Origin: Salisapilia sapeloensis CBS 127946
Taxonomy: Eukaryota > Protista > Oomycota
Length of the DNA stretch: 64,000 nucleotides
Reading direction: 5' to 3'
NCBI GenBank assembly: GCA_023334545.1
Contig: JAADVB010000001.1
Location: forward strand, 1-64,000
Position 1 is the first letter of the stretch. Every line of letters begins with the position of its first letter. The notes below the pieces were generated by a model. The model did no database searches and was not told where the DNA came from. It was given only the letters and a program-made list of their open reading frames with translations. The position numbers and the translations under genes are program-made. Positions 35,092 to 45,520 of this stretch are shown piece by piece.

Positions 35092-35637
35092 ATGGCGAAC
35101 GAGCTGACTGTGGAGCAGCTCCAACAGCTCTACCATCTTCGCTTGGAAGACGCAGCCAAGCGTCTGGGCATGGGCGCTGCGAAGCTCAAGAAGCAATGTC
35201 GTCTACTAGGGATCCAAAGGTGGAAGTACCGTCAAGTTTCGTCGAAATTGCTACGCATTCAGCACCTGTGCAAGTTCATGGCGCACACGGAAGATCAGAA
35301 TGAAAAGCAGCGCATTCAGGCAAAGATACATGACCTATCGCAAGAGTACTTGGACATTGTCGGTGGTCATGTTCCGAATGAGCTGCAATTGAGTGCGGAG
35401 GAAGCAGCAGTGCTGGCTTCTGAACGCCAGACGATGATGTCTACAAAGCCATCTAACGTTCCCATCAACGAGGACTTGGATTTGATTAGTGAAGATGAAG
35501 AGTTCAGCGATGAGCCGGAAGCTGAGACAGCCACGGAAGACAACAACACGGACGAACTCTCCGCGTACTCTCTACGCTTCATCCTCGATGACTGTTCCAT
35601 CCTGGACACGGACTCGGGCGTGCAACTATCACGCTAA
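35092..35637 (+). CDS. RWP-RK domain transcription factor (variant RWKYRQ)
   Basis: LTVEQLQQLYHLRLEDAAKRLGMGAAKLKKQCRLLGIQRWKYRQV, followed by an acidic tail. Confidence 0.88.
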   Translation: MANELTVEQLQQLYHLRLEDAAKRLGMGAAKLKKQCRLLGIQRWKYRQVSSKLLRIQHLCKFMAHTEDQNEKQRIQAKIHDLSQEYLDIVGGHVPNELQLSAEEAAVLASERQTMMSTKPSNVPINEDLDLISEDEEFSDEPEAETATEDNNTDELSAYSLRFILDDCSILDTDSGVQLSR

Positions 35638-35796
35638 GCGCCCATCGAGCGATGACAAGAAGAAAAAAATACTACTACGAGCTCTGGTACGATCGAAGTA
35701 CCTGGGCCATGGAAAAGAGTAGACACTGCATAGAACATTTTGATTTTATCAAACCAAACGAGCAACTTTTTCTCGTGCTCCTTGTCTCCATTTTCC

Positions 35797-38142
35797 TTAG
35801 ATCTGGTCCAGAGGCTCAATCCCGAGCAATGAAAAGCATGTCTCCATCACTCGCAGCGTCGCGTCACACAAAAGCAGTCGACTCTTCTCCTCTTCGCTCT
35901 TCAGCACTCGACAAGCCGTCACGAACGTCTGTACTTTATCCGCGACCGTGTACAAGTATGCACACAAGCGGTTCGATGCCAGGTCCTTATTAATGAACGA
36001 AATCACGTCCTGCAACTGAAGCAGCTCCACCGCCAGCGCCAATTCACTCGCGTGTGCTGGCTTGAGTTCACTTCCGCTCTGCTTCCTCAACTCATTCATG
36101 TCGACACCAGACTTGCGCAGGATCGATGACAGACGAGCGTAGGCAAACATGAGGTAGACGGCCGTATCACCGTTCGTCGACAGCATACGATCGAAGCTGA
36201 AGACGTAGTTGGACGTCGGGCTCTGTCGCAAGTCAAAGTACTTGACGGCACCGTATCCGAGCTTCTCAGCGGCGCTTTCCACCTGGTCGGACGGCAGCGT
36301 TGTTTGCCCATTAGCAATCCGCTCCTCCAACTGCGCCTTCATCCGACTCTTGGCTTCATCCAAGAGGTCCACGAGACGCACGGTGTCTCCCGAACGCGTC
36401 TTAAACCGCTTGCCGCTCTCGTCGTTGACGGTACCAAAGCCGACGTGGTCGACGCGATGGACCTTTGGATCCAAGATATCGGCCATACGAGCAACTTCGA
36501 ACAGCAGTTGGAAGTGATCCTTCTGCGTGTAGTCCGTGTAGTAGATCACACGGTCGGCGTGTAGTTGGTGCAGACGGTACCAGATCGCAGCCATATCTGT
36601 CGTCGCATACAGGTACGATCCGTCCCTTTTGACGAGCAAGAAGGGCTGCTTGAAGCTCTTGGTGAACACGACTTCTGCGCCGTCACTGTCCTCCATAAGT
36701 CCCTTCGCACGCACTTTGTTAAGCACGTCCGGGATGATAGGGTTGTAAAATGACTCGCCGCATTCTTCCAACTTGACGTCTAACCTGTCGTACACCTTCT
36801 GATACTCATTCCGACTGAGCTCACAGATCGTCGTCCAGACCTTGTGCGAGATCTCGTCTCCAGACTGGAGCTTCACGACCTGGTCTTTCGAGCGCTGTTG
36901 GAACGCAGCGTCTTCATCGAAACGCTTCTTGGCGTCCTGATATAACTTGGTGAGGTCCTGAACGTCCGGCATCTTGGTCTCCCAGTCCGGATACGACTCA
37001 GTCAAGTGGCAGATGAGCATACCGAACTGAGTTCCCCAGTCACCGACGTGGTTCACGCGCTTCACATCATGTCCTTGGAACTCGAGGACACGGCAGATCG
37101 TGTCACCAATGATCGTCGACCGCAAGTGACCAACGTGCATGTCCTTGGCAATGTTCGGGGACGAAAAGTCGACGACGATCTTTTGTTGAGCTTGCGGGCT
37201 TGACTTGACGCCGTTCGTCAAGATCTTTTCGAGTCGACCAGCGAGGAACTGAGGCGTAAGGAACGCGTTGATGAAACCAGGACCAGCGATGGAGAGACGG
37301 TCGAGCACCGGGTTGGAAGGGACGGCATCGATGATCTTCTGCGCTACATCACGAGGACTCTTCTCAGCATCAGGAGTGCCTTTCAGTTTGTTGAAAATAG
37401 CCATAGCGCAGTTGCACTGGTAGTCACCGAGCTTGGCATTCTTGGTGTTCGTTCGACTGATGCTGCCAGGTGGAATGTCCATGTCCGGATACACGCTCTG
37501 GACGGCGGCAGAGAAGAGAGACTCAACCACGTACAAGACACCGTCGTACGTCTTCCCTTGCATGACGTCGGTATCCAAAGCCTTGGCCGGTGCAGCAGAC
37601 TTCTTTGTACCTTTGACCTTGCTAAACAAGTCCGAAGCCATTTGGTTGCTCACATATGTCTGGAAACGTTCCAAAATCGGAGAAGATGTGTCCTCCTTTT
37701 GGACGACTTGGAAAGCTTCATGCAGCGATAGAGTCACGATGATATCTGCTAACGAGAGCTGGCCACCTACCAAGAAGTCAATTTCAGCAGTACCCTTCGG
37801 GTTCACTGCACTGAGGAGATCGATAAGCTCCTGTTTGCCTGCTTCCTTCTTGGATGCCTTTTGGAACCAAGCTTGGAGCGTATGTGCCTCCCAATCGATC
37901 CATTCGTGAACAGCCAAGTCATCATGCTGCAATGCAGACTGGCTAGCAGCAATGTATCGGCAGATAGCATTGGCAGATTCAATCGTCTCTTCCTGCTTCG
38001 AGGAAGTTGGCACCGACAGCGTCGGCTGTCCTTTAGGTGTCTTGCTCGAACCTTCTAGCTTGCATTCGGCTGCCGTGGCGGTGACAGTCAGTAGGCACTT
38101 GGCCTCTTCAACGCCCTGGGCGTTGTTGTAAGACAGCTTCAT
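35797..38142 (-). CDS. RARS: Arginine--tRNA ligase with an N-terminal GST-like extension
   Basis: VDFSSPNIAKDMHVGHLRSTIIG, NHVGDWGTQFG, RFKTRSG and GDTAVYLMFAYARL motifs. Intronless, 781 aa. Confidence 0.97.
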   Translation of the reverse strand: MKLSYNNAQGVEEAKCLLTVTATAAECKLEGSSKTPKGQPTLSVPTSSKQEETIESANAICRYIAASQSALQHDDLAVHEWIDWEAHTLQAWFQKASKKEAGKQELIDLLSAVNPKGTAEIDFLVGGQLSLADIIVTLSLHEAFQVVQKEDTSSPILERFQTYVSNQMASDLFSKVKGTKKSAAPAKALDTDVMQGKTYDGVLYVVESLFSAAVQSVYPDMDIPPGSISRTNTKNAKLGDYQCNCAMAIFNKLKGTPDAEKSPRDVAQKIIDAVPSNPVLDRLSIAGPGFINAFLTPQFLAGRLEKILTNGVKSSPQAQQKIVVDFSSPNIAKDMHVGHLRSTIIGDTICRVLEFQGHDVKRVNHVGDWGTQFGMLICHLTESYPDWETKMPDVQDLTKLYQDAKKRFDEDAAFQQRSKDQVVKLQSGDEISHKVWTTICELSRNEYQKVYDRLDVKLEECGESFYNPIIPDVLNKVRAKGLMEDSDGAEVVFTKSFKQPFLLVKRDGSYLYATTDMAAIWYRLHQLHADRVIYYTDYTQKDHFQLLFEVARMADILDPKVHRVDHVGFGTVNDESGKRFKTRSGDTVRLVDLLDEAKSRMKAQLEERIANGQTTLPSDQVESAAEKLGYGAVKYFDLRQSPTSNYVFSFDRMLSTNGDTAVYLMFAYARLSSILRKSGVDMNELRKQSGSELKPAHASELALAVELLQLQDVISFINKDLASNRLCAYLYTVADKVQTFVTACRVLKSEEEKSRLLLCDATLRVMETCFSLLGIEPLDQI

Positions 38143-38274
38143 GAACGTACGAGAGATAGGAGGGAGATGGCTGGGTGCCAGTCAATGGATCCGAGTGCGA
38201 ATGCGATTGTGTTTGAACGACCTTCGTGCAACCTGAGGACACCATAACGGACACGACGGATAGCAATTATAGCA

Positions 38275-38900
38275 ATGGAGAGCAAAGAGGCTGCTGGAGA
38301 ATTCGATGAAGAGTACCTTCGCTCACTACCGCAAGTAGAAGTAGAGAATGTGGACATTTCTCCGAATCCAGCAGGATTGACCGAGGAGTTGAACCTGGAG
38401 GTTGATTTTCGACTGGATAAAGCTGTTCGGCAAGGACGCTGGGAAGTCGAGGTGTGCATTTTGACATCTAGTTATACAACATGAGCCGCAGCCTAGAGGA
38501 ATTGATGCTGGTGTAGTATCTTGTAGACTCCGTGACTAAACGACACATTATCAAGGTAAAATAGCGAAATCTTGGAGTATTTCGACCTTCTATTAAGCGA
38601 CTATGATTCAGCTTGGAGAAGTCAAAGCGAAAGATTATGACCGTGGTGATAACCATTTCCAGTTTTCGGTAGCTTTTACCTTGGATCTTGTTCGATAGCA
38701 TTTATTCTGAATTGGATCATTTCTACTAGGTCTCGGAAATCGACGTGTCTGGCATCCAACCGAGTCAACTGACGAACTGTGGACTTTTGATCGCTTCATT
38801 TAAAAATGACGACGGAGACATTATGGACTTAAAGATGGTGGTGCAAGTTTCCGAACAAAAAGGAGGACTGCAGAGGATTATCTTTAATCCTCTAGAATAG
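38275..38900 (+). CDS. Divergent ASF1-fold protein (147 aa)
   Basis: Introns 38452-38516, 38556-38611 and 38669-38729 give PQVEVENVDISPNPA...LNLEVDF...WEVEYLVDS...GDNHFQFSV...NCGLLIASF, which parallels the ASF1 beta-sandwich pattern. Confidence 0.72.
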
Positions 38901-39028
38901 ACGAGCGTAGGTGCGATATCATGTCAATGAAAATATCACTTCAAGTTAGACGCGGGGTGTTGACGTCCGTTTCACTTTTGGTTCATGAGTACTAGCATGC
39001 ATTTTATTATTCATAGCGGTTTTTAGCC

Positions 39029-39739
39029 ATGACAGAGGCAGTCCCACAGACTTTTGACTTTAGCGACGACACACTCGAAAAGTATGCGACGTACGAAGAC
39101 TACCTTGATGCACAGTGGACGGAAACCGATCTTTTCTACCTAGAGGACGAAGAGCTCGCTCGACAACTTGTAGAGCTCGGATATCGTGGCTCGGGAGAAA
39201 CACTTCGTCGAGATGACTTTGAAGCGAGAAAGCGGGCTGAACTGGAGCGCAATGCGAAGAAAACTCAAGTTGCTAAACCGTTGGCAAGTGCTGGGAAAGA
39301 CTTGTCACCATACCCGTTTTTAGCAGCTCTTGGTAATCGAGAGGAGATGATACGTTCGGGGAAATTGACTTGTATTCTGTTTATTCGCGATCGAAATAGC
39401 AAAGGCCAGGAGATAAGCGGCTACATCGATTTCGCAATACGCCTCAAGACTGAGGCCTTTGAGCCGTACTTTGAAAGGAAGAAGAAGCTGCTACCAAAAG
39501 CTTCTGATCTGAGTTACTACAACTGGGAAACGCAAATGTCTACGTCAAACTCCACGCCCAACTTTCAAGTTATCGCTGATAGCGAATCTGGGTTACTGTT
39601 CAAGAATAAGCGTGATCGGAAAGTGATTAACGTCGATCCAAAATCAAACCCTGGAGACAACTCGACACGGATCGAGATCAACACAACAGAGTACCTGCAA
39701 GTCGTCATATTTGATCATACGATGAGAAGGAAAGCATAA
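39029..39739 (+). CDS. CFAP299: Cilia- and flagella-associated protein 299 (DUF4464)
   Basis: YEDYLD...DLFYLEDEELARQLVELGYRG, EISGYIDF and YYNWETQ motifs. Intronless, 236 aa. Confidence 0.92.
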   Translation: MTEAVPQTFDFSDDTLEKYATYEDYLDAQWTETDLFYLEDEELARQLVELGYRGSGETLRRDDFEARKRAELERNAKKTQVAKPLASAGKDLSPYPFLAALGNREEMIRSGKLTCILFIRDRNSKGQEISGYIDFAIRLKTEAFEPYFERKKKLLPKASDLSYYNWETQMSTSNSTPNFQVIADSESGLLFKNKRDRKVINVDPKSNPGDNSTRIEINTTEYLQVVIFDHTMRRKA

Positions 39740-39937
39740 GCAAAGAGTTAAATGACAAACTAGTTTATATCCTTGTATTTTAGAACTTGATCCGTTGATT
39801 CGTTCTCTATAAATCAAAAGTTCTAGCAAACCTTGCGTTTGCGATCGTGTTCTTGAAACACCTACGGAATAACGGACACAAAGGCCCGGATCTAACGATC
39901 TGCGACCCTTTTCAGACGATCAAGCTTTATAAGCTCG

Positions 39938-40874
39938 ATGGAATCGAATCTGGATGACGAGACCTTGCAGCGACTGTATGCATGGATAGATGAAATTCCG
40001 CTTTCCAGGCCAAAGCGAAACATTGCAAGAGATTTCAGTGATGGCATTTTAACAGCCGAAGTGGTCGCGTACTATTTTCCAAAGCTCGTGGATATGCACA
40101 ATTACAGCGCTGCGAATTCTGTCAAGCAGAAGCAATACAATTGGAATACTTTAAACCGTGCGTGCTTGGCTCTCACTACGATAGCTGTTAAAGGGTATGC
40201 ACTAATACTATTTGTCTTTCATAGGAAAAGTACTGCGAAAGCTTCATGTCAACCTGTCGAAAGAGGACATGGACGACTTGGTACAATGTCGCTCTGGTGC
40301 AGTAGAGAAACTTCTCGTGAAGCTCCAAGTAAAAGTATGTGATCTTGAATGCCCATCTTTCCCTGCGTTACCAAACAGATATGGGCTCGGATGGATAGAT
40401 TGCAAACTACAAAGAACGAGTATCCAACAATGCGCCTCAAGACACAGCGCCAGCGCCTGCTGCATCTCAGTACGAACAATCTAAATCGATGGACCAAGGG
40501 ATACCACAAAAGATGTCGGAAGTCCGAGACATGCATGAACAATTCCCGCAGTCATCGTCAAAGGATAGTGACGCAGAAAATGGGGTTGAAAGAAGTGTTG
40601 CAAGCTCGGAGGTGTCTTCCATGTCGGCGCATGAACAATTTAGGCGAGAGGCGGCACTTGTCCATGAGTTTGAGACTCGACTTCAAGATAAAGACGAAAC
40701 CATAGCAGAGCTTCAGGAAACTATCAAGGTAAGCTTTACACAACCATCTCCAAGTAGACTAGATTCATGCCCTGTTCGGTGTAGATCTTGGAGCAAAAGA
40801 CGCAGAAGTTGGAACAACTCGTTCGATTAAAGGATGGCAAGATTCAGTCCCTCACCTCAAAGATGAGGACATAG
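39938..40874 (+). CDS. SPEF1: Sperm flagellar protein 1 (CH domain + coiled coil)
   Basis: LYAWIDEIPLSRPKRNIARDFSDG...VDMHNYSAANS...NWNTLNRKVL. Introns 40158-40224, 40335-40398 and 40729-40784. Confidence 0.93.
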
Positions 40875-41081
40875 TCGTAGACAGAGATTTAAGATAGAAA
40901 TGAATTTGACATGCACTAGGATGAATAGGCTAGGCTTCCGTTGCTATTAAGGATCAACGCGAACAATCCAGTAGATATAAACTATACATGTGGAAATGCC
41001 CGATTAAAAAGAATGCATTCAAGTTAACAAGTAGCACCAGCATCAACATTCGTCAACACTGTAGAGGTTATTAGCAAATTT

Positions 41082-44000
41082 TTAACCCCAGAAGCGCATC
41101 ACTTCCTCCGAAGTCTCAGCGGGTTTCAAGAGCTGCACCACAACGTCGTCTCCTTGATGCCGGTATCCGTAGATCGCCGGCAACGGACGACTGCAGTGGC
41201 GACTGAAGAGCGCCACGGTATTTGCGCCCGTGTCATGGATGACGATAAAATCACCACGGTTCGCCGTAGGCAGGCGCACTTTGCGTCCGACGAGGTCGCC
41301 TCCGAAGCACAATGGTCCGGCCACGTTATGGAACACCTCGGGCGCTGTGGATGGAGTGCCGTCCGAGCTATTCACATCAAAAGTTAGTGCACAAAGGACA
41401 TCATTACATATAGATCCATGAAAACATACCTGTAGACAGACATGCGGTGTGGGAAGAGTTCCGGCTTGTAGCAGGTGCGAAGGAAAAGGTCGGATCCGGC
41501 ATGGATGATAGCCGTTTGTCTTAGCGCATCATCATCCGTCGAAGTGAAGCCAGGGACGTCGTCATGAGTCTTTACGTACTCAATCTCGCTGACTGTCCAG
41601 CAAGTTTTACAGCAGAGACTGCGGCCGTACTCTGTCAGAACGGTACGGTGCGTGTTCTCGAACAGCTTCGGAGCACATCGACGAAGCACCTCCACATACT
41701 CGGCATACGTTGGCGTGACATCATCCGAATCGTAGTTGGCTGGGAGACCGCCTCCAATATTCACGGTTTGGATCCTGGCCTCACCCACATGAGCGTCAAT
41801 CTCATCCGCAAGTTCGCTGATGATACGCGCACCACTCGCAAGTGTTTCAAGCGTGTAGCCTTGCGATCCAACGTGGCAGTGGATGCCCGTGAGCCACTTG
41901 TGCTGCTGGAACAAGTCCTTGATCTTCGCACGATTGACATCCGTTAGAGGAACGCCGAACTTGGAGTAGACGGTGGACACACTCAAGTACTCGTTGCTAC
42001 CTGAACCGAGCAGTGGGTTGATACGCAGGCCAATGCGTGGCGGCTGCTTGTCCATTTGAGAGACAAGCTGCACAACCGTTTCGAGTTCTTCCAAGTTGTC
42101 AATGTTAATCTCGACGCCAGCGTTGAGACCGAACGCTAGCTCCGCACGCGTCTTGGCTGGACTGTCGAAGACCACCTTCTCCGGTGCACAGCCTTGGCGC
42201 AGTGCCTGCTGCACTTCAATCAACGAAGCACCTTCGAAGCCAGCACCGGCAGCGATCGCCTGCTTCACAAAGAACGAGAGCGGACACGCTTTCATGGCAA
42301 ATCGGTGTTGAAAGTGCGACGGGAATGCCGTGTGGAGGGACTTGAAGCCGTTGTCAATAGCGTCCTGGTCGAAGACGACAGCAATCTTTACGGGGTCGTC
42401 ACGTGAGAGTGCATTGGCACCGGTCGTTTCATCCTGTGCTCCTGAGCCAATGACTCCACTCTCTTTCATACGTCGCACGGCCTTGCTAATGCCATCTTTC
42501 TTGACACTAAAGTTGTGCACATTGTTTGCATCGGTATTTGTGGGAACGGATGGACTAGATGACATTGTATCTTGCGTCAGTTCGGTCCAGTGCTGTGTCA
42601 ACAAAGAGATCTTTTGCAAAATGAGACCGTCGTCGTGCGCGAATTTTTCGAACATGGCGTCCGTCTCATGTCCGCCAGCGACGCCATTAACCATTTCCGC
42701 GCTAAGTGCGATTCGTAAGACCCCGTCGTGTAACCCACCAAGTGCCACCGGTTGGCCGATCAAACACCGTCTGGAACTGATAGAGTGGGATGGAAACGTC
42801 GCGGATAGATCTTGCGAAAGGAGTTTGTGCAGCTTACGAAGCTCTGGGACGGTGAAGAACGTCGACTCATTCTTGCGGACTTTGAAAGACACGATCGTGT
42901 CCTTGGGACGTAGCCATTCGTCACTGGAAGGCTTGGGGTTCTCGAGCACTTGGACGAGGTTACCATATCTTGATTGCATCATGGACTTGCACTGCGTCAT
43001 GTAGCGATCGATAATGGCATCGACGGTGGTAGGAGCAATACGGAAGTACGGCTCCATGTTAATAAGCGCACTCTCCCATCGAAGCAACAGACCGACATTC
43101 ATGTTGGTAGATAAGCATGCACGTGTGCTGTTCATGGTCGTCGGTAGTTCGTACTTGGAAAAGAAGTCGTGGAGACCGGATGGGAAGCACACATTGCGGT
43201 TCACACCACTCGCTTGCTGCTCCATGTCCTCGATGCATTTGGACGGAAGAATGACGGAGCCGCAGAACGGAGCGCCACCAAAGTACTTGGAGCCCGTGAC
43301 CATCGTGATGAATCCACGATTGACAAACTCGGCAAAGACATATTGGTCTAAGCGTACTTGACAAGCATCCACAACTATCAAAAGACGATCACCAAATTCA
43401 CTTGCCAAAGACTCTACGGTCGACACTTTTGGAGAGCTAAAGCCAGTCTTAGTACCGACGACGAGGTGGAGCAAGACGACGTTGGAAGTGTTGTCTAACT
43501 TTTCACGAACTGTCGCTGCTACTTGTTCATCCGTACAAGCGATTTCGCCATTCTCGTCTCGACTGCCAAAGTTAATGACTTCTACCAAGTCCGTAGGGTA
43601 TCCTTGCAGTGGTTCACCTGGGGTCACTTGCTGCCCAGAAGGCGTCAGCTTGTTAAATGACTTGCCGCCAGCAGCATCGGATGAGCCGCTCCCGATCTCA
43701 CCATGCGCCATGACGAGGTTCACCACCTTGCCATGGTCAGACTGCTTCAACGCATGCAGACGGCATAAAGCAGAGGATGTAGCGATGAGCTCTGCATCGG
43801 AACCAGATGGAGTTAGCACGACACGTGCCTTGTCTTGTTGTGTGGCGGATGTAAGACCTAAGCAAGTGCTTAGACGAGTACGCACATCGTCCATCTTGCG
43901 GTCAAAGATAGCAGTTGGAGACGCTGCGTTCGGATGTGTGGATAAAGCACTTAGAAGCAGTTCCTGTCGAAGTGCCTCACATCTTTCAAACGCTTCCATA

Positions 44001-44734
44001 TTCACACCAGAGCACGTACAGCTAGCACGTCGAATATCTTGTGGCTCGTCAGTTGATTCAAGATCCTCTGGCTTGACGGATGGGACACCAGAGCAACGAG
44101 GGATGGTGGACGTATGATATTTGTTCGTTTTGCAAGTAGGACACAATATGGATCGATCATCGGAACCGCGGACCAAGAGCGACTCTGTCTGCTCCGCAAA
44201 CGGTAATGCATCACGAACAAAGGTGGCAATCTCTTCCCATTCATTACTGGACGTCGACACTTTCATGCCGTCTGCGAGCAACTGGATGACATCGTCTTCC
44301 GTCGCGGCGTTCTGTACTAGTCGCATGTATCGCACTTCCTCTGCAGCACTCGGTCCTTCCGCAGCATACGCATCGACATGTTTTTTAGCGAACGTCGCCA
44401 AGTACTTTAGTTTCGTGTATAAAAGCACCATGCTACGAGCACTACAACACGGTGAGACAAGGTGCTGGGCGGGCATCTCCAACAGACGTTCTTGCAGGAT
44501 CGAACTCAAGTGAATGGCATTCGATTCCTTTTGCGTCAGCTCAAAGCTCCCATCCATCGTAAGCTGTTGAACGCTGTCTGTATTACCATCAAGCAGTGGC
44601 AAAAGTTCAGGATGGTGCTGTCGGCACTGCGATCTTAACGTCGCTAGGTCTGTGGATTCATGACCGTGTAAAGGCACGGTTGCGTCCTTGTGACCCAAGT
44701 CGATCGTGGGCGCTTCTTCCGTCAACACTGGCAT
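41082..44734 (-). CDS. Fusion enzyme: uncharacterised fold-type-I PLP domain + DAP/Orn/Arg-decarboxylase-2 (fold-type-III PLP) domain, about 1196 aa
   Basis: One intron (41368-41429). The N-terminal domain has TPSGSDAE, VDACQVR and VTGSKYFGGAPFCG. The C-terminal domain has FAMKACPL, FDSPAKT, HCHVGSQ, NIGGGL, EYGRSL and GPLCFGGD. The track start at 44836 is TTG; the first ATG is 44734. Confidence 0.88.
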
Positions 44735-45520
44735 GGCTGGGAAGGATACAAAGGTCGAGACTTGTCGGCTTGGCGGTTGAATCTGATTGTGAAGCGAAGT
44801 GTCGCCTAGGGTGTCGCCCTGGAACAATTGGTTCAAGATGAACCCTCAAATTTTTCCAAAGTAGGCGTAACTTGTCAAAAGTGGAGGCTTCTTACAGAAA
44901 GTTGCCAGTCGTCCAACAGACTTTTATGCTTGTAGGGCTCGGACCATTACTATCGACCCCCACTTTTGGAAAAGAGGTATATCTTGGGAAAGTATTCGGG
45001 CGACACCCGGATCTGTCGCCTGTCACGCCGTGCGAAACAGACCATTGAAGCAATCTCTCTTGAAACCGTCGGATAGACTGCACGCATTTTCATGTCGGAA
45101 TGACTGGATAGGCATGATAGGAGAGACTCCTTTCGGATAGGTTTGGATGAGTTTCGTGATTACGAGAGCACCGGAAGACAGAGACCATGCATGTGGGCTC
45201 AGCTGACATGGCGGCAGTTAACAAGGAATTCCACTTTGAGATCGCTAAAATTCTTTCTATTCTATCTTTCTGAAAACACGTAGCCGCCGACTTGTATTGT
45301 ATCAGAAGCTGAACGTGAATAAGCTTTCTCGCAAGGACTAAATGATAAGAGCCTCGAGACAGGTAAAAGCTTCTGTTGGAAACATGGCAGCTTTCTGACA
45401 TCATGAGACGAGGCTTGATCGTCTACCAAAGTACATGATTCGTCAAAAACGCCAAATTTTCTACCAATGAAAAGGTAGGCGATGGACACCAACCGCACTC
45501 AACTACAGCCTAGACGGACC

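Noticed and set aside
38508-38522. GTGTAGTATC resembling the U2 snRNA branch-pairing region
   Set aside because: It is the splice acceptor and first codons of exon 2 of the ASF1-like gene. The rest of U2 is absent.
40940-40958. GTTGCTAT...CAAC resembling an RFX X-box near the flagellar genes
   Set aside because: The spacing is wrong and it lies downstream of SPEF1 in a convergent 3' gap.
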